Below, piece after piece: positions 12,544 to 24,690 of a stretch of 64,000 nucleotides of DNA (the first letter of the stretch is position 1; each line of letters starts with the position of its first letter). This DNA is from the human T2T-CHM13v2.0 reference genome, Homo sapiens, in assembly GCF_009914755.1 (NCBI RefSeq), contig NC_060938.1; one strand, written 5' to 3'. A program made the translations under genes and the position numbers. Below the pieces are notes generated by a model. The model made no database searches, was not told the DNA's origin, and saw only the letters and a list, made by a program, of their open reading frames with translations.

Positions 12544-15500
12544 CAGAGCCTGAGGTCCTCTACACCTCTCACTGTACACATTACCATCTCCACAGAGGAG
12601 CCTCAAGTGACACTTGACATGGGAGGCAAAAATACTGAGTTATTGAATATGGGAGCAGGCTTCACAGTTCTAACCCACTACTTAGGGCCACTGTCTTCCC
12701 AGTCCTTGACCATAACAGGGATTGATGGCCAGCCAAAATTTAGGACATTTGCTTATCCCCTTCATTTCACCATGGATGACCATACATTTTCTCATAGTTT
12801 TCTGCTTATGCCTGAGTGACCTATCCCCTTTCTGAAAACAGACTTATTTTCCCAATTACAGGTCATAGTTCGATCTGGAGAGCCTCATGAGAAGACAACA
12901 GGGCAGGAAGTGGCACTTCTTCTAGCTCTAAGTGCTTGCCTTAACACACACACATATACACACACAAAGACTCTCCCATGACATATTGCTTCTCAACTAA
13001 ACAGCTCTGTTTGGAATATGAAAGGTACTGGTAGAGCTGTTAATGTACCCCCAGTCCAGATTATTTTAAAACTCAATGTTAATTATCCATGAAAAAAAAA
13101 TCCTTTGAGACCTGAGACAAAGAGGATATCCAGCCCCCAATAACAAATTTTCTAAAGTACAGATTACTACAATCCTGTCAGCCCCCATGTATCACTCCCA
13201 TTTTTTTTTTTGTAAAGAAACCATATTGGGATTATAGATTTGTTCAAGATCTGAGGGAAGTTAAGGAGGCAGCAGTGCTAGTCCACCCAATAGTTCCTAA
13301 TCCTTACACAATATTGACCCAAGTCCTTGAAGACGCTAATTGGTTCTCAGTATTAGACTTGAAGGACACCTTCTTTTGCATACTCTTACTTCCAGAATCC
13401 CAGGATATTTTTGTTTTTGAATGGACTGATCCAGACATTCATGCTGCATCTCAGCATACCTTGACAGTCCTTCCCCAGGGTTTTAGGGACAGTTTCCAAC
13501 TCTTTGGCAATGCATTGGCAAAAGGGTTGAGGGAACTACTGTTAAGTAATGGATCCCTGTTGCAATATGTGAATGACCTATTAATTTCCAGCACTATTAG
13601 GGAAGACTGTGACAGGAACACAGTGCAGGTCCTTAATGTTCTTGGAAAATAAGGGTATTAATTATCCCCACACAAGACTCAAATTTCTATAAAGAAAGTT
13701 AAATATTTGGGGTTTATGCTCATTCCTGGGACAAGGACCTTGGCCCAAAAATGAAAAGAGACTGTCCTGGCACTCTAGCCCCTTCAGATGAAGAAATAGT
13801 TAAGAGCCTTTTTGGAAATGACTGTATTCAATGAATTTGAATTCCTGGGTTTGGGCTCATGCCAAAACCACTCTATGAAGCTCTACAAAGCAGTGATCAC
13901 GAGCCTTTGAATTGGGATAATACCTGTCAATAGGTATTTTTAACCCTAAAAGAAAAGTTGGGAACAGCCCCTGCTTTGGGACTTCCAAATTTAGAAAAGC
14001 CTTTCACCCTCTATGTGGCTGAAAAACAAGGGAGAGCTTTGGATATTATAGCTCAAAGACTCAGGTATAATCCCAGACAAGTGGCTTACTTTTCTAAACA
14101 GCTAAACCAAGTGGTGGCTAGATGGCCAGGATGCTTGTGAGTTGTGGCCACCACTGCTTTATTAGTAGAAGTAGCCTGTAAGTTTATCTTGGGACAACAA
14201 TTTAAATTGTGCAGTAGCCTGGAAAATCAAGTACATGGTATCCTAGAGGCAAAAGGACATCAATGTCTAACAGGGGGCCGGTTACTCAAATATCAAGCCA
14301 TTCTGCTTAACACCCCAGATGTTATTCTTAAAGTATGTCTACTCTGCTACCCTGCTGCCAGATTTCACATCCCAAGAAACAGATCCTCAATTCATTCACT
14401 CTTGTGTGGAAACCATAGAATGGACCTCCTCCTCTAGCAGGCCTGACCTCAAAGATTAACCCCTGCCTAACCCTGGTGTTGAGTGGTTTACAGACAGAAG
14501 TAGCTTTATTCATGAGGGCGTTAGAAAGGCAGGTTATGCTGTGGTTAGCCAGTAAGAAGTCACTGAGGCCAACACTTTACCTACCCAGACTTCTGCCCAA
14601 AAAGTAGAAAAATTGCTCTAATTAGGGCCCTCCAACTGGGACAAGATTTAAGAGTCAATATATTTACTAACTCCAAATATGGATTCCTGGTGCTCCATGT
14701 TCAAGCAGTGATATGGAAGAAAAGGGGATTATTAACAGCCAACAGATCCCTCATACAACATCACTCTAAGATGTTGTAACTTTTAGACATTTCCAACTCC
14801 AAAAGGAGGTAGCAATTATTCGCTGCAGGGAACACTAACAGGGAGACCCCTCTATTATTAGAGGAATTGTCCTCCAATAATTGTCCTGGCAGCCAAGGCC
14901 ACAGCTGAAGAAACACTGGCATTCCAGGCTACTGCACTAACACCAGGAACTCCGACCACGCCAGTGGCACCATGCTATACACTTGAGGAAATTAAACGGG
15001 CAGAACAGAAAGGCTTACAAAATGATCCCTCAGAGTGGTTGCTAGAAACAACAAACTCTCCCCAAAGCTGATCAGTGGGAAATAATTAGGCATTTTCACG
15101 ATTCTTCATATTTGGGATGGGATTCTCAAATATTCTTGGAGAAGTAACTATTCCAGACTATAAGAAGGTTCACCAAGGCCTGTGAACCCTGTGCCTATAA
15201 CAAGCAAGGAAGCCACCCCATACCCCACCCCCTACTACTCAAACTTACACACCAAGGAACGTATCCTGGAGAAGACTGGCAAATAGATTTCACTCAAATG
15301 CCACCTTACAGTGGACTAAAATATTTGCTAGTATTTATAGACACTGTCACTGGGTGGCTAGAAGCTTTCCCCATAGGGGCGGAAAAAACACTGGAAGTAT
15401 CCAAATTCTTACTTTAAAAAAATTGTCTCAAGTTTAGGATTACCAAAAAGTTTGCAAAGTGATAAGGAACGCTCCTTCACAGCTGACGTGACCCAGCGGG

Positions 15501-16150
15501 ATTCCTCAGCCTTAGGCATTACCTACCATCTTCACTCCTTCTGGAGGTCTCAATCCTTAGGTAAGGTAGAAAAAGCCATTCATGTTCTAAAAAGGACATT
15601 AGCAAAACTCCGGCAAAAGATGTCAGAGGCCTGACGTTTCCTCCTACCCATAGCACTTTTGAGGAAGAAGATGGCTTCAAAGGGAAACTTAAAGCTTCAT
15701 CCATTGAAATGACTTATGGAAGACCCTTTTTAACTTTAGACCTGCTACTTGATGAAGACACCCACAGAATACTCACTCATATTATCAATTCAGGCCAGCT
15801 TCAAGAGGCCTTTCAGGCATATGGAAATGAAGTGTTACTTCCTCACTCAAAGGGACAGAATAGCTCCCTTGTTCAAGCAGGAGACTTAGTTTTACTAAAA
15901 ACGTGGAAAAATGTATTCTCTGACGAACAATTACAACCAAAATGGAAGGGCCCTTATTGAATGTTGTTGAGCACCCCCACTGCTGTTAAACTCCAGGAAA
16001 TTACTAGCTGGATACCCCTCTCCAGGATTCAACCTGTTCCTTCTGAGTAACTGCAGGCACAAAAGGAGGACCTATGACCTACACCTGTAAACTTTTGGAG
16101 GGCCACCGCTACTCATTTAAAAGAAAGAACATTCAGCCAGAAGTGGTAAC
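12544..16150 (+). pseudogene. pol: ERV pro-pol (protease, RT, RNase H, integrase; disrupted)
   Basis: EPQVTLD..LLNMGAGFTVL (protease), YRFVQDLR, VLDLKDTFF, VLPQGFRDS, LLQYVNDLL (RT), WFTDRSSF..RKAGYAVV (RNase H), CEPC, PGEDWQIDFTQMP, LQSDKE, WKGPY (IN). Many stops and frameshifts. Confidence 0.95.
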
Positions 16151-17880
16151 CTGGTGCTGTGAAATGTGAATTTTCTCTTCTCCCTAATACTTCTTTTCTA
16201 TAGCTTTGGCCAAGTGCTTTCTCCTTGGAAAAACCTCCTTTATCTTTGTTGGGTATAGAGGCCACTTTAAGGCCCAACCAGACACCATGCTGCCACTTGT
16301 GACTACTGTTTGTTCCCCTGATTAACATAATCCAGTGTAAGTGAAAACAAAACTTCATAGTAAATATTTCAAAAATTATAGTGTCAGGGAATCACCTTAA
16401 TGGTTGCTGTATTTGTCATCAACATCCCCAGGATAGAGAGTTCCACCATCTGGCACATCCAGAAAAAGTCTACAGTCATGTGTCCAGACTTCCTAACAAA
16501 CCATAGTGATCTCAAAGTATTTAGACCCCACTACTTGTTAGGTGGAGCTCTCTCCAACTTAATGGATTCCACATGAGAAGTTGGGTATCCATACCTCCAG
16601 TGTACTAATGATACAATTTTTTGCACCCATTATTGTGCTGATAATGCAAAAAGGAAGTTTTCCCTGTGATGCTGTGATCCAGCTCTAGTCAACAAGTTCC
16701 CAAACCACAGTGAGGTAAATGGGATTCCATTTGTAAGAGAGGAAACTATATGTGATGCCTTCTGCTGCATCAGAAAGTTCAAGAACAAAACAACCGCCTA
16801 ATCTGGCAATGTGAGAATACAGCCCTCTCTGGAAAACAAGGACTGTTTAACCACCTCATTGGAGCAAGGAAAAAATACTTCTATAGACCCAACTTGGTAG
16901 CAAAGGATGGACATCACATTTCTGTAGGGCCTCAATTTGTGCCCTAATAGGGCTCATTTTTGTTTGTGGCCATGAGTGGGAAGAAGTCCCACTCTATAAC
17001 TACTACTGAATTCCTGAGGAACCACCTATTCTTTTAGGGATAGCTTTCCCTTGCATATCAAAATCGGAACAGGAGTGAATGTACATTGGCCACCTTTGCT
17101 CCATTGGAATTCACCCTCTATAACCCCATAAGACCCAGGAGTATCAGAAAAAATTAAGCAATATAATTCATTCTGGCAGGTCTATGGCCATCCCACCCTG
17201 AGCACACCCAGTCTTGTCATAATTAATTCTGACGGGAATCTGGGTGGCAATAGTACTAGCAACCTCCTTGGGGTAGATTTGCTATCCATGAGTAAACATT
17301 AAAAAACTTGATTCAAATCCTAGAATCATTGACTACCAACACAGATCAGGCATTAAAAAGAATTCAAGAGTCCCTACACCTGCTGGCAAATGTAATCCTT
17401 GATAACAGACTAGCATTGGATTACTTACTAGCTGAATAAGGTGGAGTCTGTGCAGTTATTAATAAAATTTGATGCTTATTTATTAGTAATTCTGGGTAAG
17501 TTGAGATTAATATCCAAAAAATATACAAACAAGCTACCTGTTTACATAGATATAACCAGGTCACTGATCCCAACTATATCTGATCGACTATTATAAATGC
17601 TGTCCTAAGTCTCACCTGGTTTTTAACCTTTCCTAGTACCTTTACTATATATCTTATTACTATTAATTTTTGGCCCTTGCCTGTTTAACTTCTTAGTAAA
17701 GTTTGTGTCTTCCATATAATATAATTCCATGTAAAAACAATAGTGGTAGAAGCCTTCCAACCCATCCTACCTTCTGATCTGGAGAATAAAAAGCATCCTG
17801 TATTTGACTCCCTTGGATCAGATGTCCAGAGATTTTTACTCATCTAATGCTAGGCAGAGCCTACAGCCATAAAATCATTA
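16150..17880 (+). pseudogene. env: ERV env (gamma-type SU/TM; disrupted)
   Basis: CCIC (CWIC-type CXXC) at 16405-16416; furin remnant ~17146-17157; ISD LDNRLALDYLLAE*GGVC at 17398-17451 followed by a decayed CX6CC; membrane anchor LLLLIFGPCLFNFLVKFVSS at ~17655-17714. Ends approximate. Confidence 0.92.
17180..17218 (+). pseudogene. 5S rRNA 5' fragment (nt 1-39), tailless retropseudogene
   Basis: gtctatggccatcccaccctgagcacacccagtcttgtc vs 5S GTCTACGGCCATACCACCCTGAACGCGCCCGATCTCGTC: 31/39 identical, and 5 of the 8 differences are CpG transitions. Flanked by a 17-bp direct repeat (17163-17179 / 17219-17235, 14/17 identical). No poly-A. Confidence 0.9.
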
Positions 17881-17951
17881 GGAAGCAGTTACAGAAGATG
17901 GACCTCCATCTTTTTCCAACCCCTTTAAAATTAAGGAGGTGTATCCAATTT

Positions 17952-17963
17952 CTGAGTGGGGAA
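17952..17963 (+). other. Polypurine tract
   Basis: ctgagtggggaa immediately upstream of the 3' LTR TG. Confidence 0.75.
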
Positions 17964-18377
17964 TGAGGTCTGAGACTGGCAGGACTCAGCTCCCTACCAG
18001 ATTGGAAACCAGCCAGAACTGGCAAGTGGTGCTGAAAGCAATCTCTAGTTGCTCTCACCACCAATCAGCATAAGACATTCCCACCAGCATCAGGACAGTT
18101 TACAAATACCATGCAACATGTGGAAGTTACTGCCCATTTTCTAGAGATTTCTGAATAATCTGCCCCTTAATTTAGATGTAATTGCAAGTGGATATAAATC
18201 CAGCTACCCAATAACCCATGGGCTGCTACCCTCAGTGCACTGACTATAGGCTAACCCTGCTCTGCAAGGAGCAGTCACAGAACTGTAACTATGCCACTTT
18301 AATAAAACTGCTTTCGTCCACCACTGGCTTAGTTTTGAATTCCTTCCTGAGTGAAGCCAAGAACCTGCTCTGTATCA
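17964..18377 (+). repeat. 3' LTR (MER66-like)
   Basis: tgaggtctgagac...ctctgtatca; TATAAA ~18193; AATAAA at 18301-18306; followed by ATAG. Confidence 0.9.
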
Positions 18378-19204
18378 ATAGTGCTTATTTACCTAGCTCC
18401 ACCAAATCATAGCTTTACCTGGAGTTGTGACTATCTTGCTTTGGGAAACTTAAACAGTGCTAATAGGTTGGAAGGAGGCAGATTAATCAATTACTCTGTT
18501 GTTCATCTAGCCCCACAGGTCATTGAGGAAACATTTATTCCTCTCCAGTATGAAAATTCATCAACACAGATTTTATTAAATTGCACACCTTTCTTGTTTT
18601 CAATGGCCCAAATTTGATAAAGCATCTTTCTCTGCTCATTATATGTTCCTCTTGGGCACATTTAGGATTTGGTTTATGATACTCAAACTCCAGAAAGAAA
18701 CTAGCTTTTAATTAGGGTTGAAGGATAAAGGGCAGGGCCAAGAAATAAAAGTAAATAGTAGGAGAAGTAAATAGCAATTGCCTAATAATTTAGTTATGTT
18801 ATTACAACACAAGGAACTGCAATGGAGAGAGACAAGAGCTAAACAAAAGTGAAAAAAAGAAACAAATAATTGGCACACACTAAAGGGGGATCAGCTGTTC
18901 ATGGGGTTAAGGGAGGAGGTAGTGTTCAGAGAAGGCTTCCTAGACCAAGAGTGAATGCCCAGTAAGATCTGCTGATTTCATCACTCTTTGTTTGGATTTA
19001 TTTAAACCCTCAACCTACCAAGGGTCCTCTTGGTTTGTTGTCTTTGAAATACACATACGTTCCCAAACTTTTTCAATGGAGAAGTTCATTTTTATAGACT
19101 AGGCCTATTAACTGGTTTAATATAGAATGTCTAAAACGTTATCATATACCCTTGAAAAATGTTTTCGTGGATTATTCTAGCCATATGACAACGTATATCT
19201 AGGA

Positions 19205-19420
19205 GAACATAGGTTTTCAAGTCAGGCATGTAGATTGAAATCTTAACTAGTTGTTGTTTACTAAATTAAGAATCTTATATCATTTAATTTCTCTGAGATT
19301 CACTTTTCTAATCTATAGAACTCGAAGATACATTTTTAAAACCTTGATAAGGATGTTGCTAGAACTTGATATAATAACCTTAATACAATGCCTAGCAGAG
19401 AACTGAAAAAAAATGGCAGT
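19205..19420 (+). mobile_element. MIR, highly diverged
   Basis: tttaatttctctgagattcacttttctaatctatagaa...aggatgttgctagaactt...aatacaatgcctagc resembles the MIR core and 3' end. Confidence 0.5.
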
Positions 19421-20245
19421 GTAGTATTACAGATGGTAATAATGATATGAAAAATAATGCCCTCCTCCTAAATAGAAGATACTCTATGGATATGAATGAC
19501 TTTGGATATTACAAACTCTTAAAGAAACCACAATCAATCAAATGATTTTGCAATCTCATAAAATCATAAAACTGGAAAGAATTCAATTCCTTCACCTTCA
19601 AGTAATTCTAATAATTAATATACTTTTTTCATATTTCAGAAAAATCCAAAACTTTTAAGTGCAGAATAAATTAGCTATTTTTGTCTTTTGGAAACCTGAC
19701 ATTTAGCTTTGTAGCTGAATGATGAGTAAAGACATAATTATGTTGAATTTAGAAGAAAAACTAGCAAATTTTTCTTTTCTGTATGATGCACAGTTCAGCA
19801 GCTCTACTCAGTATTTTTAAACATACTGTTTAAATTAAGTACAATAAGTATTTAATAACAGAATAAAAATATTAACCTGCCAATATTCCATTTTAAAATG
19901 ATGTTGCTTCCACCCTCTAATTAGTCTATAAAACAAGCTAAAATATAATAGTTGTTACTCTATGTATATAAATCTTAATAATTCCTAGTGGAAAACGTAA
20001 ATACCATGGCCTTGTCAAAGGTGGCTAAAATTAATCTCAAATTAAATATTTATAACAGATAGGTCCATAGAACACACCTAGGAAAATAGTACTATAGCCA
20101 TAAAATTATTCACAGTATAGCTTTAGATTAACAGGTCTATAAAAGAACCTTGAAGTCTTTCGTTTGACTCTATTTGTTTTTTTTTTTTTTTTCAGAAAGA
20201 TATCCTAGCAATCAGAGATTAAACGAAAAGGAAAAAAAAAAAAAA

Positions 20246-20659
<414 letters not shown>

Positions 20660-21207
20660 TCATAACCTGAAGATATGTTATGGTCTTGAATTCATTCTAA
20701 TCATATAGTCTTGTTATATAGAGAAACATTGCTTTTGTTTTTTCTTCATTTGGGGAGCTTGTATTTCTCCAGCATCCTGACCAGCATTCCTACAGGAGAA
20801 GAAAGTAAAGGCCACCCAGGAAAGGGTGAATGAGTATAATGTATCAAAATTTTCTTCCAGATCAGGGAAAATATATAAAGCCTGCCCTCCAGCCACAGCG
20901 AACAGTGAGAAACAAATAGAATAGAGGTTGAAGAAGCAACCATGAGGCACATTTGATTTCACTTCTTTGGTTTTAAACTTCTGAAGAAGAGATGTGTTAG
21001 CTATGTTGTTTGAAAAACATGGGAGATTTTGCCCCGAGTTCTATTTTGAAATCTGAAGATAATCCCGCTCTATGGGAAGCTGTGCGGCAAGCTACCAGCA
21101 CAAAGAGTGCAGGCATGTTTGAGTGATGAGATAGACTGAGGTACCATTTCTTGCCCTACGATGGTTCCTATGTGCGTGGAAGGAAACCACAATATCCACA
21201 TTCCCCG

Positions 21208-21361
21208 TGGGGGAAGTGTAAAGTAGCTGATTAATGGGTAGTTGAGGGGTGTGGGAGTTCGGAAGGGATAAGTTTGCAGAGAGATGGGGAAAGTGTAAAG
21301 TAACTGATTAATGAGTAGTTGAGAGGTGTCGGTGTCCAGAAGGAAAATGTTTGCAGAGAGA
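21208..21361. repeat. 77-bp tandem duplication (2 copies)
   Basis: tgggggaagtgtaaagtagctgattaatgggtagttgaggggtg...tttgcagagaga is repeated at 21208 and 21285. Confidence 0.9.
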
Positions 21362-23479
21362 CAAAGCAAGCTTTTGTCCTAAAGCTGTAGGGTGAGCCAT
21401 CAAGGTTTAAGATTTAATGGGAACCACGGTCAGACCTTGAAGTGATACAGTGCCAGCGAGAGCTGAGATGAAATCAGTCAGCAAGGGGAGGTGGGACCTG
21501 CACTGGGTCGTTCTCTCCCCATGAAGATCATGGGTTGCATGTCACCAGAGTGAACGTCAGCGCGTCAGCCATCAAGAAGGCCAGTGACAGACTCTGGGAG
21601 TTATCTCACACACGCATAGGAGGATCAAAAGAGTTTCACTGAAGAGCTGACTGGCTCACATAAGGGCTAGTATCAGAAAGAGGCCTCTCCTCCATCCCCT
21701 GAACTCTGCTCTTTAAATCCCTGACAACCATATTTTCTCTTGGGTCCAGAATCCATCTTCCAGAAGAAAAGAGAAAGCAGGGGACAGCTTCAGCCACATC
21801 ATGAAATTTGCCTTTGAAGAGACAGGACATTTATTCAAATGATGCTATGTAAATCAGGAAAAATTGAGATATCATTAATTGATTCTTAAAATATTATTCT
21901 AGCTTACTGCCTCCCAGCAATTAGGAAGATTAAATTACTGAAGATAAAAATGTTGTATTTTAATTGTTTATCTGAGATTTATGAACAAATTTGCTATCCA
22001 ACTACAGTATAAATTTTAATTTTCCAACATAAATGTATGCTTTGTGAGGGCAGGCATACATGTTTTTTGGAATTGCATTTGTACAAACCTATGGCAGAGT
22101 AGTTTAATTGTGACTTCAGCTATTTCCTTACATGATTCTTAATTTATCTGACAGATATTAAATTGGAAATAATCTGTTTTTAATCACTACTATTGCTATT
22201 GAATAAACAGATATCTTAAACGTTTTAATATCTATCTGAGAAAATAAGAAAACTACATGTGAAAATATAGATTAAGAAACAACAAATATTTAAATACTAA
22301 GAAAATCAGCAAAAGCAGAGACTCCACAATTTCTCCATTTAATAAACTTTATCAATATTGTTCTGGGCTATTATAGAAATACTCCAAAAATATATAAATA
22401 ACAATTAAATAGTATTAAATTGAAAATAAACTACTAAATTTATTATGACCATTGAAACAAATAAATTATGAATAGGCACATTGATTTTTCTGCCACTTGA
22501 GGAATTCACAAGATAAATAACGAATTAAATACTTCTTACAACATTTTCAGGTACTTATGTACTAAGTAGGCTATTGTAACTTGATAGTAATATCAAGTTA
22601 CAAGGTTGAACAGAACGTAGACTTCTATAGTGAAGGACTGTCACCCTGGTGGGAAGCAAGGCATGCTGGCATGTAGATAGAGCAATGTGGCAGGACAATA
22701 CGAAGAACGGTACTGTGAAGCTCAATAGAACAGAAGCACAAGCTCCTGACTATGAATGTTAGGGAAACTTTCAGGAAGAAGAAATCTGAGTTTGAATTCT
22801 GCAGACAAAATCCATGTCCTCACGAATATTATGGTAGGAAAGACACTCACACTAGCCCAGAAAGAAGGGCTAGTTTGATCAAGAAGTATACACATTTTGA
22901 GAAAAATATTAAAACCTTTGTTGGGTTAGGCCATGAAAAAAGCCAAGTCCAAGCCTAAGTAATTTTAAATTTAAAAGTCTTTATATTTCAACCACAAGAA
23001 ACATAAAGACTGAACTTTTGAAGGCAGTGAAGACATTATTGAAAAAGGAAAGAGGCTGTTCATATAGTTCATTCCCTAAAGGATCTGGTCATGTATGATG
23101 TATAAAAGTTATTCAAAATATTCTTAAATTAAACTTTCATCTCTGTGTTATCTAATTTCATGATTAAAAATCGAATTTGGCATTCCTAAAATCAATTACA
23201 ATTTCATATGAGCTTATTTTTCTTGGTCAAAATCATCATAATGTATTTAATAGTATAATCCATTTTCTGGTTCACTACTGAAAACTTAAAAAACACAAAC
23301 TGTTTTATGCAATATTAAAGGCTTATGTTTTTAATGATAACATACTATTTGTAATTGCTGTGTTTCAGACATACTTTGAACAGTCTAATGTTTCAAAATA
23401 CAAATGAACTTTGAATGTTTCACTCTTCAGCTTTTTTGATGTCTGCTTACGTCTGATTTTTCTTACCACTAAACTCCAA

Positions 23480-24690
23480 GAAAAATCACCTTATTAATGT
23501 TTATGGTGCCTCCATGCTGCCAAGCCCAGTGACCCAGGGACCAATTCACAGGACATGTTACTTGACATTTCTTCAGCAGTTAATCAGGCTATCCTTCTTT
23601 AAACACTAACTTTTTTAAACTTGATTTTAGGTTCACCACATTCTCATAGCTTTCCTCCAATCTCACTGACTCCTCTGTATCAATATCCTTTGAAGAGCCC
23701 TCCTTCTCTCTGCAGCCTTTGAATGTTGCAGTGCTCCAGGGCTCACAACTTAGACATCTTTCTGTCTCTTTTCATTCATTTTCCTGAGATGTGTGGCTTT
23801 AAAAATATCCAAGACTTCAAAATTTTAATTTATTGCATGGAATTATCTTCTATACTTACATATCTATCCATCTATTTACATTCTTACTCAAATGTCTAAT
23901 AGGCATCTATCTTAACTATCATAACCTTAATATGGCTTTTGCCTAAAGTTTGACATTTGCACTCATCTCTGTTATTTTCCAAGTGTTTTCAATTTTAGAA
24001 AATGACACTGCATTGAAAACATATCCTAAATATATTTTCTTTACTTCACTACTACTACCTCTGATCAAGCCACCATCCCTCATCTCTTGCCTTGATTATG
24101 TAATCATCTCCTAGTTTGTCCCACTTCTGCCATATTTGTTTCTACCCACAGTATATTCTTCCATACAATAGTCAGTGCGATTCTTTTAATATAAAAGTCT
24201 TGTTTCTAAATCTCTTAAATTGTTCCAACTCCTTTCCATGAACTACTCTCTTCTATATGATCTGGTTTTTGCTCCCTTCAAACTTTATGCCTTATTTTTC
24301 TCTTTTTTCTTGACATGTTTTAACCATGTTGGCCTCTTTGCTTTTTCTCAAATATGTTAAGCATATTTTCAACTTATTTTTCCTTAGAGAAACATGTTTC
24401 ACCTTGCCACATGTATGTCTCTGCTCACATAGTGACTTCTTTCCTTATCCATTTGGTCACAAATAGTCACTTATGTTTAATCTCTATTCGCTCTTCTTAT
24501 TCATTATCTGTTCTTCCTACTATTTATTGCTACTTGGCATTATATATTTATGAATTTGTTTCTTGGACTTTTTATTTTTTCTGTCTTCCTTACTAGAATG
24601 TAAGAATCAAGAAGAAAAAGCCTCCACCCACTCTTAGAAGAATAACTGAAGGCCTAACTGATTGAATGAATGAAGGAATGAGTGAATGAG
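23480..24690 (+). mobile_element. L2 (L2a-like) 3' part
   Basis: RT remnant aatgttgcagtgctccagggctca (GVPQGS), atgtctaataggcatct, caagccaccatc..tcttgccttgatta, ctagaatgtaag, terminal (tgaa)n. Confidence 0.75.

Larger units (their letters stand above)
9121..18377 (+). mobile_element. Near-complete decayed class I endogenous retrovirus (LTR-gag-pro-pol-env-LTR), MER66-like LTRs
   Basis: Two homologous LTRs (TG...CA), ATAG TSD at 9117-9120 and 18378-18381, PBS, PPT, and gag, protease, RT, RNase H, IN, SU and TM motifs in the canonical order. Confidence 0.95.

Noticed and set aside
13275-13652. 125-aa RT ORF as a functional or domesticated gene
   Set aside because: YVDD is mutated to YVND and the ORF is flanked by stops and frameshifts; it is a pseudogene fragment.
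17240-17720. env as a syncytin/envP(b)-like captured gene
   Set aside because: Stops lie inside the ISD (17437) and CX6CC (17470), with frameshifts and the 5S insertion.
18780-18960. Possible L2 fragments (also ~22540-22810, ~63015-63075)
   Set aside because: Only short motifs such as agagaaggcttccta and tgtgccaggcact; too diverged to delimit confidently.
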